From positions 64,517 to 128,516 of the forward strand of contig JAISOW010000002.1 of NCBI GenBank assembly GCA_031275345.1: a DNA stretch of 64,000 nt, read 5' to 3'. Both the position numbers and the translations under genes were made by a program. The notes beneath the pieces were generated by a model, which saw nothing but the letters and a program-made list of their open reading frames with translations, did not search any database and was not told the DNA's origin. The stretch's first letter is position 1. Every line of letters starts with the position of its first letter. Shown one piece after another: positions 27,500 to 36,991 of this stretch. This stretch comes from Puniceicoccales bacterium (GTDB lineage: Bacteria; Verrucomicrobiota; Verrucomicrobiia; Opitutales; JAIRLM01).

Positions 27500-28767
27500 C
27501 GACAGCTGTCCACAACCCCCATCAAACCATGAAAACCAGGTCGGAATTAGGCCAACTGTGCGGCGTTCCATCCTGGCGCAGAGGTTTTCATCCCATCCGC
27601 TTCCTAACGGCGGAAAGCCTTACCCGCCACCTGGATGCCTTTCATGGAGGAAATTTGCGGGGAGCGGCCATCCTATGGGATGCCATCGAACGGCGGGATG
27701 ACGTGTTGCAAGGTGTTGCGGCCAAGCGGAAAAAGGCCGTGGCACGGCTGCCATGGGACATCCTTGCCATCGACGGAAGCGGCGAGGCGCTGGTGCAGCA
27801 GGAAGCTCTGCGGTTTTTTTACAATTCACTCAGCTGTGTCCATGCGGCCGACGGCAATGAGCGGGGCGGATTCAGCCTGCTGGTCAAACAGATGATGGAC
27901 GCCGTTGGCAAGAAGTACGCGGTCCATGAAATTGTCTACCACGAGCACGGCGAATGCCAGCTGGAAGGTGCAAATGGTCCACTTCTATCGGCAGAATTTC
28001 GCTTCGTGCCACTGGAATTTTTTGAAAATCGGAGCGGACGGCTGCGCTTTGCACCGAATGACCTGGGCGATGACGGCATGGACCTCGCGCCGGGGGCATG
28101 GATGATTTCCGTGGGCGATGGCCTCATGGAGGCTTGTTCCATTGCCTACCTTTTCAAGCATTTGCCGCTGCGGGACTGGCTGGTGTACTGCGAACGCAAC
28201 GGCATGCCGGGCGTGAAGGGCGTGACGGATGCCATGCCTGGAACGCCGCACTGGGAAATGGCCAAGCGTGCGGTTGAGGCATTTGGTGCCGAGTTCAATG
28301 CCCTGCTATCCACGGGCAGTGACCTGCAGGCCATCGACCTAAGTTCGCGGGGGGAACTGCCCTATCCTGCCCTGGTGGAGCGCATGGACCGGGCAATGGC
28401 GGCCCTCTGGTGCGGAGCAGACCTGGGAACGCTTTCCCGGGCAAGCGGAGTTGGCGCATCGCTGCAAGCGGGGGAACGGCTGCTGCTGGAGGTCGACGAT
28501 GCGGCCAACGTTTCCGAAACCCTCAACGCACAGGTGGATTGCCACGTGCTGGGCCATCTCTTCCCCGGTGCTCCGGTGCGCGCCTACGTAAAGCTGCGCC
28601 CGTCCCAGCAGCGGGACATGCTACAGGAGCTGGAAATCTACGAACGGCTGGTACGGCTTGGCCTGCCAATTGCCCAAAAAGATCTGCGGGAACGGTTCGG
28701 CATCGGTTTGCCGATGGATGGTGAAGCAACCCTGTCCGCCACGCGGCAACAAATCACCCAAAACTAG
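27496..28767 (+). CDS. phage portal protein (Mu gp29/DUF935-like, from memory)
   Basis: 423 aa, directly after TerL. ATG 27496 overlaps the TerL stop. Size and position fit a portal; the family assignment is unverified. Confidence 0.7.
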   Translation: MTTAVHNPHQTMKTRSELGQLCGVPSWRRGFHPIRFLTAESLTRHLDAFHGGNLRGAAILWDAIERRDDVLQGVAAKRKKAVARLPWDILAIDGSGEALVQQEALRFFYNSLSCVHAADGNERGGFSLLVKQMMDAVGKKYAVHEIVYHEHGECQLEGANGPLLSAEFRFVPLEFFENRSGRLRFAPNDLGDDGMDLAPGAWMISVGDGLMEACSIAYLFKHLPLRDWLVYCERNGMPGVKGVTDAMPGTPHWEMAKRAVEAFGAEFNALLSTGSDLQAIDLSSRGELPYPALVERMDRAMAALWCGADLGTLSRASGVGASLQAGERLLLEVDDAANVSETLNAQVDCHVLGHLFPGAPVRAYVKLRPSQQRDMLQELEIYERLVRLGLPIAQKDLRERFGIGLPMDGEATLSATRQQITQN

Positions 28768-28781
28768 GGAAAAGGACGGCC

Positions 28782-29648
28782 ATGGCAAAGGATTCTACGG
28801 CGGCGGTGGCACCCGGCGAAGCTGCGGATGCCAATGAAGAATGCGGCGGTACCTGGAGCAAGCTGGTTTCCTATGGGGAATATCCCCACAGGCTTGGGCT
28901 GCAGGTGGTGACAAAGGAGGCGGCGCAGCGGATGGTGGACGAATTTTGTTCTCTTTCCCAGCGCCTTGCCAACCGTTTTCGCGGTGTTCCTGTCTACGTC
29001 GGCCATCCGGACGACGGCCAATTTTTAGGACTCGTTGGCCACGGCGATCCGCGGCCCTACGGCTGGGTTAGACAATTGGAGGCACGGGAAGATGGGCTAT
29101 GGGTTCGCATTTGCTGGTCCGTTGCCGGCCGGGAACTGCTGGACAAGGCTCGCTACAAATTTCTTTCCCCGCGCTGGGAAATGCATCCCATCGGCGGCGA
29201 ACGGTTTTTGCCAAAATTTTTGGTGTCCATTGGGCTGACCAACCACCCCAACATTGCCGGCGATGCGATTGTCCAAAAAATTGCTCCGATTGCCGCGCCG
29301 CTGCTGCATTGGCAACCGGTTGGCGGTGCACGGCCAGCGGAACGGCCGGCCTGGGGCTGTGCCCCGGGAATCCAGTTCCAGCCAATCGCCGCCAATGCCA
29401 GCGGCCTGGCATCTGCCGTCCTCCACCGCAATGCCCATTCCACGCAGCTGACCCGTGGTGCACGGCTTGGGACGGGAGGCAAAAAAGAGGCGGAACGGCG
29501 GCTATTGTCGCTCGTGAGCGAGCGCATGGTAAGTGCCAACGAAACTTTCACCGCCGCGTGGAAGAACGTGAAATTGGCACATCCAGCCCTGTTTTCCACC
29601 CAAACTTTCTCCAAAACAGCGGAGAATGGACCGTCGCCATGGCGGTGA
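28782..29648 (+). CDS. Mu gpI-like prohead protease/scaffold
   Basis: GEYPHRLG...VPVYVGHPDD...PYGWVRQLEAREDGLWVRICWSVAGRELLDKARYKFLSPRW matches my recollection of the Mu-like prophage I protein pattern (GW..L..r.DGL...W......YryLSP). Confidence 0.75.
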   Translation: MAKDSTAAVAPGEAADANEECGGTWSKLVSYGEYPHRLGLQVVTKEAAQRMVDEFCSLSQRLANRFRGVPVYVGHPDDGQFLGLVGHGDPRPYGWVRQLEAREDGLWVRICWSVAGRELLDKARYKFLSPRWEMHPIGGERFLPKFLVSIGLTNHPNIAGDAIVQKIAPIAAPLLHWQPVGGARPAERPAWGCAPGIQFQPIAANASGLASAVLHRNAHSTQLTRGARLGTGGKKEAERRLLSLVSERMVSANETFTAAWKNVKLAHPALFSTQTFSKTAENGPSPWR

Positions 29649-29714
29649 CGGCCCACCTCATCCGGGCAGATGTGCAATCGTCCGCCCAACAACCAAGGAA
29701 GGAATTCTTCTATT

Positions 29715-30134
29715 ATGATGCAAAATTTTATCTTTTCCAATTCGGCCGGCGGTACCCGCGAAAACAGCTGCACCATGCGGGCGGCTGATGCTTTGGAACG
29801 GCGCAATCTGCTGGTCATGTTCGCAGCAGATCCCGGATCGGTGCAGATGGCCGATGGCACCAACCTTCCCATCGGCACGGTCAACGACGAGGCGGCCGAG
29901 GGAGATCCGGTCGCCGTGCAATTGCTGGGCGGCGCGCGCACGCTTTCCATGGTGGCGGCGGACGGCATTGCCCAGGGAAATTTGCTGGTCTGCACCACGT
30001 CCGGCATGGTCACCACCCTGCCATCGGATGCCGGCAGCTATGTGCAAGTTGGCATGGCCATGGGCCCGGCGGCGGCGGACGAATCGGTGGAGGTATTCAC
30101 CTGCTTCCCTCGGCAGATCACCGTAACAAACTAG
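29715..30134 (+). CDS. head decoration-like protein (DUF2190-like)
   Basis: 139 aa, Gly/Ala/Val-rich beta protein (GDPVAVQLLGGARTLSMVAADGIAQGNLLV...) between protease and capsid. ATG 29715 is preceded by AAGGAAGGA. Confidence 0.55.
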   Translation: MMQNFIFSNSAGGTRENSCTMRAADALERRNLLVMFAADPGSVQMADGTNLPIGTVNDEAAEGDPVAVQLLGGARTLSMVAADGIAQGNLLVCTTSGMVTTLPSDAGSYVQVGMAMGPAAADESVEVFTCFPRQITVTN

Positions 30135-30151
30135 AGGTTTTAAGGATTATT

Positions 30152-31124
30152 ATGATGAATGCAGAAATTTTACCGGCGGATGGCGGAAATTTGGAAAAGG
30201 GTGTCGTACATGCGGCCAATGAAGCTAGATTCATGGCAGCCAACTACTCGGAGCCGTTGACCACATTCACCGTTGGGTGGCGGGATCCGGAAAACATCGA
30301 GGCACTGCTCAACTTTGTGGCTCCCGTGATTCACGTGGGCAAGCGCTTCGAATTTAAAAAGACGGACAGCGGCGAAGCATTTTTGTCGGAAAGCGACGAC
30401 GTGCGCGCCATCGGTTCGGCGTTTAAGCGGGTGGAATTCAGCGGCAGTTCCGTCATGGGCAAAACCTACAACAAGGGCCTGACCGTGAGAGTTGACCACG
30501 ACGATGTGGCCGGCGACGACTGGCAGGAACGGCACGTGCAATTGCTGCTGCGCCGCCTCTACCGCAATGAGCTGCGCCGTGCCATCGCCGCCATCGATGC
30601 GTCGACCGTTGCGGTTGCCAAGACCTGGGGCGGAGAAAATGGTCAACAAAACCCGGACGCCGACATTCGCCAGGCGCTCGCCGCAGCGACCGATGCGGCT
30701 GGCGTGCGGCCCAACCGCATCCTGTTCGGTGAGGGGGCCTGGGACATCCGTTCCAATGTCTACGACAACCAATCAACTGCGGCGGCGCAGAGGGCGGCAA
30801 CCTCTGTCGTTGGAAGATTTGGCGCGCAAGCTTTTCGTGGATGGTATTCGCATCCTGGGAGCCCGCTACCAAAGCACCGCAACGGCCAAGGTCAACATCG
30901 CTGGCAGCGAGGTCTACGCCTTCCACACCCGCAATGATCTCATCAAAGATGAGCCGGCCAACATCAAGCGCTTCGTCACGCCAATCGATGGCAGCAATTT
31001 CCGGGTCTACGTGGAAGAGCACAGCAAGTACACCGACATCACGGTGGAACACTACAGCAACATCGTCATCACGTCGGCACTTGGAATGCAGCGTATTACC
31101 GTTGCAGATGGCAGCGAGGAATAG
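30152..31124 (+). pseudogene. major capsid protein gene interrupted by a +1 frameshift near 30800
   Basis: Frame A (30152..) is protein-like up to ...STAAAQRAAT and then becomes nonsense until the stop at 30937. Frame B is nonsense before 30805 and then reads LSLEDLARKLFVDGIRILGARYQSTATAKVNIAGSEVYAFH...VADGSEE to 31124. No start codon opens the frame-B segment. Confidence 0.7.
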
Positions 31125-31171
31125 CCGAAAACGAAATGCAACAACGGCCAAGGCTGGCAGGAGAAAAATCT

Positions 31172-31627
31172 ATGGAAGACTGGGTATGTCTGGCGGCAAA
31201 GGACATGGAAATGGTGCTGTCGGCAACGCAGCTGGAACTGCTGCGATCGGCCGTGCTGGGTCCCGGAGAGGCAGATCCTCTGCCGGAGCTGCTGGATGGG
31301 GTGGTGCGGCAGGTTCGGTCGGCCGTGGCAGCAAGCGGAAAATTTCTCCTAAGTGCCGATGGCAAGAAAATTCCAAAAGAACTGCTGGCCGATGCCTGCA
31401 TCCTCGCGCTGGAACGGCTACAAACCCGCATCCCACCACTGCGGCTTTCGCCGGACCAGGTGCGATCGGCGGAAAATGCCAGAAAAACTTTGCTGCGCAT
31501 TTCCCGGGGCGAGGGGATGGTGGGACGGCCGGCTAGGCCAGATTTTCAAATGGCCGGCGGCCAGCGCTTTCTCTGCCTCCATCGGCGATTGCCAAAGATT
31601 GGAGCAAGGGAATTGGAGGGGCTGTGA
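31172..31627 (+). CDS. head-tail adaptor-like protein (Mu gp36/DUF1320 position)
   Basis: ATG 31172 follows AGGAG. 151 aa. It lies immediately after the capsid gene; the family call is by position and general pattern only. Confidence 0.5.
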   Translation: MEDWVCLAAKDMEMVLSATQLELLRSAVLGPGEADPLPELLDGVVRQVRSAVAASGKFLLSADGKKIPKELLADACILALERLQTRIPPLRLSPDQVRSAENARKTLLRISRGEGMVGRPARPDFQMAGGQRFLCLHRRLPKIGARELEGL

Positions 31628-32085
31628 TGGGAACCTTGGAACGGCTGCAGCTGGGGGTGTACGAGCGGCTGCGCAGCAGTGGGGATCTTGCCGGAATTGA
31701 GATACTAAACTATCGCCGCGGCGACCTGCGATCAACCGTGCGGGTGTGGCTGCGGGAGGCGTGTGGCCTGTGTGCCGTGGTATTTCCCCCCCTACCCCTT
31801 TCCTTCCGCCGCAATTGCCCAAGTCCCGTGGATGCCACGGTTGAGCTGCGGGTGCGGGTGGTGGAGGAAATGACGGTGCGGGGACCGGCGAAGCGGGCAT
31901 TGGCGGTGGCGGAATGCATCCACCGCATCCTGTCGGGGGCAAGGCTGCCGGAGAGCCAGCTTTCCGACATTCTACTGCCGCGCAGCCGCGATCCATGGCA
32001 AATTCGGGAAAACTTTCCCCAAAACACCCAGCTTGAGGTGGAATTGTTCTTTGAAACGCAACTTTTTCTAGAGGGAATGGAATGA
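31624..32085 (+). CDS. phage structural protein, unassigned
   Basis: 153-aa ORF. GTG 31624 overlaps the preceding stop, and its own stop overlaps the next ATG. Confidence 0.5.
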   Translation: MMGTLERLQLGVYERLRSSGDLAGIEILNYRRGDLRSTVRVWLREACGLCAVVFPPLPLSFRRNCPSPVDATVELRVRVVEEMTVRGPAKRALAVAECIHRILSGARLPESQLSDILLPRSRDPWQIRENFPQNTQLEVELFFETQLFLEGME

Positions 32086-32486
32086 AAATTTTTATGGGCA
32101 ACCGGGTGCTGGCCGCCGGCCGGGATGGGGAGCAGGAACCGTTCGACATGTCCCTGGCCGTGGAAGGCATGGTGCAGATTGTCACAGGCGTTCGTGCGGA
32201 CCACGCCAGGCCGTTGGATAGGGGAAATCGGAGCACATTGCTGCGCTTTTCCGTGCTGCGCCGCCACTGTTCTACCCTGGCCGCGGCAGAATTTCTCCTT
32301 GTCCACGGCATCGGCCTGGTCGGGCTGGATGGCACTGTGACAATCGCCGTGGCGGATGGCCAGACCTACGAGCTGTCATCGGCGGTTTTGAAAAAAGTGC
32401 AGGGGACCCAGGATGGTGGCAGCACCATCCATTGCTATGAAATCGTTGGCGGGTCCATTGCGGCGCCGACAAGCCAGGAGAACTAG
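32082..32486 (+). CDS. phage structural protein, unassigned
   Basis: 134-aa ORF coupled by ATGA to the previous gene. Confidence 0.5.
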   Translation: MKIFMGNRVLAAGRDGEQEPFDMSLAVEGMVQIVTGVRADHARPLDRGNRSTLLRFSVLRRHCSTLAAAEFLLVHGIGLVGLDGTVTIAVADGQTYELSSAVLKKVQGTQDGGSTIHCYEIVGGSIAAPTSQEN

Positions 32487-32489
32487 CCG

Positions 32490-34685
32490 ATGGCCCACCT
32501 ACAAACCTTGCGCATCGCCTGTGACGGTGCCAATTTTGACGCACCCAGCACACTGCCGGACGGACGTAAAATTAGTTTTTGGCGTGGCTGCGACCTGCGC
32601 CTGGAACTGGCGTTGTTTCAGCGCGGCCAGCTGGAAGATCTGACCAACCTGGCCACGCTGGTCGTCGAGGTGCGGGCCATGGGCCCAAACGATGCCCCGC
32701 CGAATGGGTCCGAACCGCCACTGATGCACCGCGAACTGGCGGTCGAGGAGCTGGATGTTGGGGCAACGCTGGAAGACTGGCGCCAGGGGACCGGGCAGCA
32801 GGCCGTTGTTCACTTTTCCCACGGCGAAGCGGCATTGCCGGCCGGCGATGCCTGGCTTGGAGTCTGGGCCAGGACGGTGGATGAACACATCATTCCCTTC
32901 GGTGCAGGGCGCATCACTGTCCGAGAATTAGCCCGCGGCGGTGAGGAATTTTTTCCTCCCGAGGAAGTGCCGGGCGATGGGACGCAAAAATTTTTGCAGA
33001 AAAATGCCAACCTGGCGGACCTGGCATCGACGTCCACTGCACGGGAAAATCTTGGCCTTGGAGCGGCGGCCACCTGCGGCGTTTTGGACGAAGAAAATTT
33101 GGCAACAAATTCTTCGATGGATCTGCCAACCCAGCACAGCGTAAAATCCTATGCCGATGGCATTGGCACGGCCACCCTTTCCTCCGCCGAGACCTATGCG
33201 GATGGCATTGGCACAACCACCCTTGCTTCCGCAAAAACCTACGCCGATGGAGTCGGCACAGCTACCCTTTCCTCAGCCGAGACCTATGCGGACGGGGTCG
33301 GAGCCGCCGTCCAAAGCTATGCGGATGAGCTGCAGACGGCCGTCCAATCCTACGCCGACGGGGTTGGAGCCGCCGCTGAGACCTATGCGGATGGCATTGG
33401 CACAACCTCCCTTGCTTCCGCAAAAACCTACGCCGATGGAGTCGGCACAGCTACCCTTTCCTCAGCCGAGACCTATGCCGACGGGGTCGGTACGACAACC
33501 CTTGCATCGGCAAATGCCTACGCCGACGAGGTTGGTGCCGCCGCCGAGACCTATGCCGACGGGGTCGGTACGACAACCCTTGCATCGGCAAATGCCTACG
33601 CCGACGAGGTTGGTGCCACAGTCCAGGACTATGTGGATGAACAGATGGAGATTGTCCAGGGCGGTGCTGGTTCGTTTTCTCCCAATCTATGGCCTTCCAA
33701 CGGCGGATTTAGCTACAGTTCCTACGCACAGCAGCCCTATTTTGCCGGCAACGGCTATACCTGCGGCGTGGATGGATGGTACCTCCACCAGCAGCAATCG
33801 GGCGGTGATGCCACAAATTTGACCTACTTTTCTCCGGTCCGCATGTTTTCCGGCAATGTGTCTGCAAATGTCAATGACCTCTGCTTCAACCGTGCCAATG
33901 GAAGTGTTGCAACGGCGCAGTACACCATGTGCCGACCATTTACCATGCTGGAAACCGCCCCACTGCGTGGCAAAAGTGTAACCATCAGCTTTGGCCTAAA
34001 ATTTGGCCAAAATTTTCCCCAAAATGAGGAAGGCCACGGCATTGAAGTTCATCTATACGGTTCAACCTATGCCACCGAACAACAAAATGTTGCCTACAAC
34101 AATGGCAGGTATGGCCAGTCAAATACGGAACTGGCCGCGCCACCTCCCATACTTTCCTGCACAACGGATGCGTTTACCCGCGTTTCTTTTTCAGCAAATA
34201 TTCCCGAAAACATTGCGCAACTTTCTCTGGCATTCTGGCATACGCCGGTGCGGACCGGGACTGATGTGGGAGATGACTACAAATTTTACCTGCGACTGCC
34301 GGCCATTCGCGTTGGCGACGATGCATCGGAGCCGCGCATTCCGAATCCGGCCGTGGATCATTGGGCTGTCTGCAGCAGATTTCAGCGCGTTCCGGTGGCA
34401 TATTCTGGCGCAACAACGTCCGGCGCATCCATCGTCCAAAAAATTTTCTTTCCATTTCCCATGAACAAGATGACCTCCTCCGTTCTGCGCTGCATCCGTG
34501 CCTACGACATCGACACGCCCGTAAATTTTCCAGCCGCAGCAACGGGCGACATTTCGCAAATTAGTGAAAATGGTTTTACCGTCACGAGGACTGCGAATAA
34601 AACCGCATCCACATCGTCATTTTATGCATCGTACAACTTTGGCATCCCGCTTTGGACGTACAGCAACCCAATCGGTACTTTTTAG
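32490..34685 (+). CDS. phage tail fibre / receptor-binding protein
   Basis: NANLADLASTSTARENLGLGAAATCGV is the motif common in tail fibres. It is followed by more than 10 tandem YADG(I/V)G repeats and a beta-rich C-terminal domain. Confidence 0.8.
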   Translation: MAHLQTLRIACDGANFDAPSTLPDGRKISFWRGCDLRLELALFQRGQLEDLTNLATLVVEVRAMGPNDAPPNGSEPPLMHRELAVEELDVGATLEDWRQGTGQQAVVHFSHGEAALPAGDAWLGVWARTVDEHIIPFGAGRITVRELARGGEEFFPPEEVPGDGTQKFLQKNANLADLASTSTARENLGLGAAATCGVLDEENLATNSSMDLPTQHSVKSYADGIGTATLSSAETYADGIGTTTLASAKTYADGVGTATLSSAETYADGVGAAVQSYADELQTAVQSYADGVGAAAETYADGIGTTSLASAKTYADGVGTATLSSAETYADGVGTTTLASANAYADEVGAAAETYADGVGTTTLASANAYADEVGATVQDYVDEQMEIVQGGAGSFSPNLWPSNGGFSYSSYAQQPYFAGNGYTCGVDGWYLHQQQSGGDATNLTYFSPVRMFSGNVSANVNDLCFNRANGSVATAQYTMCRPFTMLETAPLRGKSVTISFGLKFGQNFPQNEEGHGIEVHLYGSTYATEQQNVAYNNGRYGQSNTELAAPPPILSCTTDAFTRVSFSANIPENIAQLSLAFWHTPVRTGTDVGDDYKFYLRLPAIRVGDDASEPRIPNPAVDHWAVCSRFQRVPVAYSGATTSGASIVQKIFFPFPMNKMTSSVLRCIRAYDIDTPVNFPAAATGDISQISENGFTVTRTANKTASTSSFYASYNFGIPLWTYSNPIGTF
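33148..33645 (+). repeat. coding tandem repeats (YADGxG units) inside the tail-fibre gene
   Basis: Units such as SAETYADGIGTTTLASAKTYADGVGTATLS recur. A block of about 108 nt (33193-33300) recurs near-perfectly at 33379-33490, and a block of about 72 nt (33468-33540) recurs at 33546-33617. Confidence 0.9.
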
Positions 34686-34694
34686 CAAAACGCC

Positions 34695-36443
34695 ATGGAA
34701 TGGACAATTTCCGCCCAGCAGGGCACGGCCTATCCACTGGCCCACTACGGCATCACCCATCTGCGCCGCGTGCGCAATGGCCAGGGCCGGGACACGGTCA
34801 CCTTTCGCCGCTCAGCCGCATGGAACGAACCATGCCCGTTTTCTCCACCTTGCCAAATTCGTATTTTACGGGACAACGTCCCGTGGTTCTGCGGCACACT
34901 GATCCATGCGCCGGTCGATGGAACAGCGGCCGCCCTGTCCAGCAGCTATCGCGTTGCCGGCCCATGGTGGCATCTAGAATCCATCGTCTACCAGCAGGGA
35001 TGGCGCACGGCGGCCAATCCCGACGAATCGGATAGTGAGCTGGTCACCGTACGCCGAAGCCATCTCATCCTTGGCCAGGGCATTGCCGGCCAACCCATTT
35101 CGCTGCGTTCCCAGTTGGTTGACATTTTCGACTATGCCATCGCTGCCGGAGCGCCGTTCACCTACCAAATGGATGCAAATGAACTCGGCCAGACATTTCC
35201 CTTCGACGAATGCAAGGACTTGAGCTGTGCCGAGGCGATTCGGCGGGTTTTGCAGTGGGTTCCCGATGCTCGGCTGTGGTTTGACCACGCGGCCGATCCG
35301 CCCATTCTCCACTGCACCAGACGCAGCTCCGCCGAGGCAAAAACATTTGCCCTGGCAGAACTAAAATCTTTTTCACTGTCCGCACGCCATGATTTGCAGC
35401 TGCAGGGCGTTGTGCTAAAATACGAACGGCTGCACCACGGCGACAATCTCATTTGGCGAACGGTTGAAGAGGATCGGTTTCCAGAAAATTGCGGCGAGAC
35501 CCAACCGCGGGTCCTCGTGCTGACCATTGAATTGGCCGGCGTGCGCAGCCACTATCTTACGCAAAAAATTCAAACCAGAACCATCGCGGTGGACAGCGCC
35601 ATCTGGTGGCAGCAGCATCTTCCGGCACTGGCAGCGATTCCAACGGCATCTTTGCAAATTTTAGGCCATTCCCGCAGCTCAGAACTCCCAAGGGAATTGG
35701 TGGAAGGATCCATTGCCGAATGGATGGAAGTTGAGACGGAATTGGACATGGCCCGCGCCACCATTGCCTATGCCACCGATGCGGCGGATATTCTATGCCA
35801 GGATGTGGCGGTTCCTCTGCGGGCAACGAATGCCGTAACCCGAACCTACGCAATGCTAGAATCTTTTACCGGCGAGGAGGCAACGCCGCAGGGATTGGCC
35901 CAGTTGCTCCATGAAAATTTTGCCACTGTCCCATACGCCGGCACAATCAGCTGGGAGGATGGAGATGTGCGGCAAATTTCACTCGGCTGGCAGATCAACC
36001 TATCCGGTGGCCGGCCGGAATGGGAAACCATGGCGGCGGATATTCAAGAATGCGTCGAGGACGTGGGAAGTGGCCAGGTAACGCTGCGCCTTGGGCCACC
36101 CGGTCAGCCGGGCCTGCGCAGACTCATCCAGCTGGCGCGGGTCAACCGCAACCGAGGAACTCCCAGAGAGAGCTACGTGCGGCCAAGTGGCCTGGCAAGC
36201 GGAGAAAGTTTGGACCTTCCGGAATTGGGACCCATGGGCCATGGCCAGCTCGGCGTTGCCGAATTTGGTAAAATTCTGCTCACCAATGGCACGGATCCGT
36301 CCATTGCCATCGCACTGGATGCCAATGCAATCCAGCGGGAAGGCCTTGTATTGCAGCCACGGGAGGAGGATGTTGTGGAAAATGGAGTTCTAAAAAAACG
36401 GCTCTCCATCGCATCCCAGCCATACCAATCGGGGGAATCGTGA
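34695..36443 (+). CDS. phage tail/baseplate-like structural protein, unassigned
   Basis: 582-aa ORF directly after the fibre gene, in the same operon-like packing. No motif recognised. Confidence 0.55.
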   Translation: MEWTISAQQGTAYPLAHYGITHLRRVRNGQGRDTVTFRRSAAWNEPCPFSPPCQIRILRDNVPWFCGTLIHAPVDGTAAALSSSYRVAGPWWHLESIVYQQGWRTAANPDESDSELVTVRRSHLILGQGIAGQPISLRSQLVDIFDYAIAAGAPFTYQMDANELGQTFPFDECKDLSCAEAIRRVLQWVPDARLWFDHAADPPILHCTRRSSAEAKTFALAELKSFSLSARHDLQLQGVVLKYERLHHGDNLIWRTVEEDRFPENCGETQPRVLVLTIELAGVRSHYLTQKIQTRTIAVDSAIWWQQHLPALAAIPTASLQILGHSRSSELPRELVEGSIAEWMEVETELDMARATIAYATDAADILCQDVAVPLRATNAVTRTYAMLESFTGEEATPQGLAQLLHENFATVPYAGTISWEDGDVRQISLGWQINLSGGRPEWETMAADIQECVEDVGSGQVTLRLGPPGQPGLRRLIQLARVNRNRGTPRESYVRPSGLASGESLDLPELGPMGHGQLGVAEFGKILLTNGTDPSIAIALDANAIQREGLVLQPREEDVVENGVLKKRLSIASQPYQSGES

Positions 36444-36991
36444 ACTTTATTCCATTCCTCGTCGCCACCGGTCCCTGCGGCCTGCCAAAGGCGGTTGCCC
36501 ATGCCACGGCAACGGGCGACGAAAATGTTGGTCCCCTCACCCCGTCCGCCATCGCCCAAGCCTACTGGCTACTTCACACATTGACGGTTTCCTACGACTA
36601 TGCCGTGGAAGATTGGGGCACGGTCGCGGAAAATTTTAGCTGCACGGTTGGCGGCGAACCGCGGCAGCGCCTGCTCGGTGGGCCGGTGTTTTCTCGCACG
36701 GCCACCGATCCTGCCACGGGCCGGATGGCATTTTTTTCCTTTCAGCCTGGCACTGTCCATGAAGATGGCGCCACCGGCCAATATTTTTACAAATTGCAAC
36801 TTTGGGACGGCAGCTATCCGGACCAGGAAGTTTTTTTGGCAACGGAACTTGCGGCGGACAATCGGCTGCTTGCCACGGCAACGGCCCAATTTTTGGGAAA
36901 ATCTACCGCGTTCTACCTGCAGGCCACGCCATTCAGCAATTTTTTAGGCGGCTCAATTGGTCAAATTACCCTGACCGCCATATTTCACTGA
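36440..36991 (+). CDS. phage-associated hypothetical protein
   Basis: 183-aa ORF. GTG 36440 overlaps the preceding stop. Last gene of the co-oriented block. Confidence 0.5.
   Translation: MNFIPFLVATGPCGLPKAVAHATATGDENVGPLTPSAIAQAYWLLHTLTVSYDYAVEDWGTVAENFSCTVGGEPRQRLLGGPVFSRTATDPATGRMAFFSFQPGTVHEDGATGQYFYKLQLWDGSYPDQEVFLATELAADNRLLATATAQFLGKSTAFYLQATPFSNFLGGSIGQITLTAIFH

Larger units (their letters stand above)
25128..36991 (+). mobile_element. Mu-type phage head plus short-tail structural module (cryptic prophage remnant or domesticated particle locus)
   Basis: Fourteen co-oriented, tightly packed genes, many with ATGA/GTGA start-stop overlaps. Order is TerL, portal, Mu gpI-like protease, decoration-like, capsid, adaptor-like, tail fibre. 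No integrase, transposase, repressor, lysis, tape-measure, sheath or tube gene was recognised. Confidence 0.8.

Noticed and set aside
29153-32335. Long minus-strand ORFs 29153..30016 and 31418..32335 (also 8556..9308, 54823..55419, 62862..63452)
   Set aside because: They are antisense shadows of confident + strand genes in GC-rich sequence. Their products are Arg/Pro/Ala/Ser-rich and lack start context.
33148-33645. CRISPR-like appearance of regularly spaced repeats (also at 54865..55154)
   Set aside because: Both repeat sets lie inside long ORFs, are in frame, encode repetitive peptide units, and have no unique spacers of constant length or adjacent cas genes.
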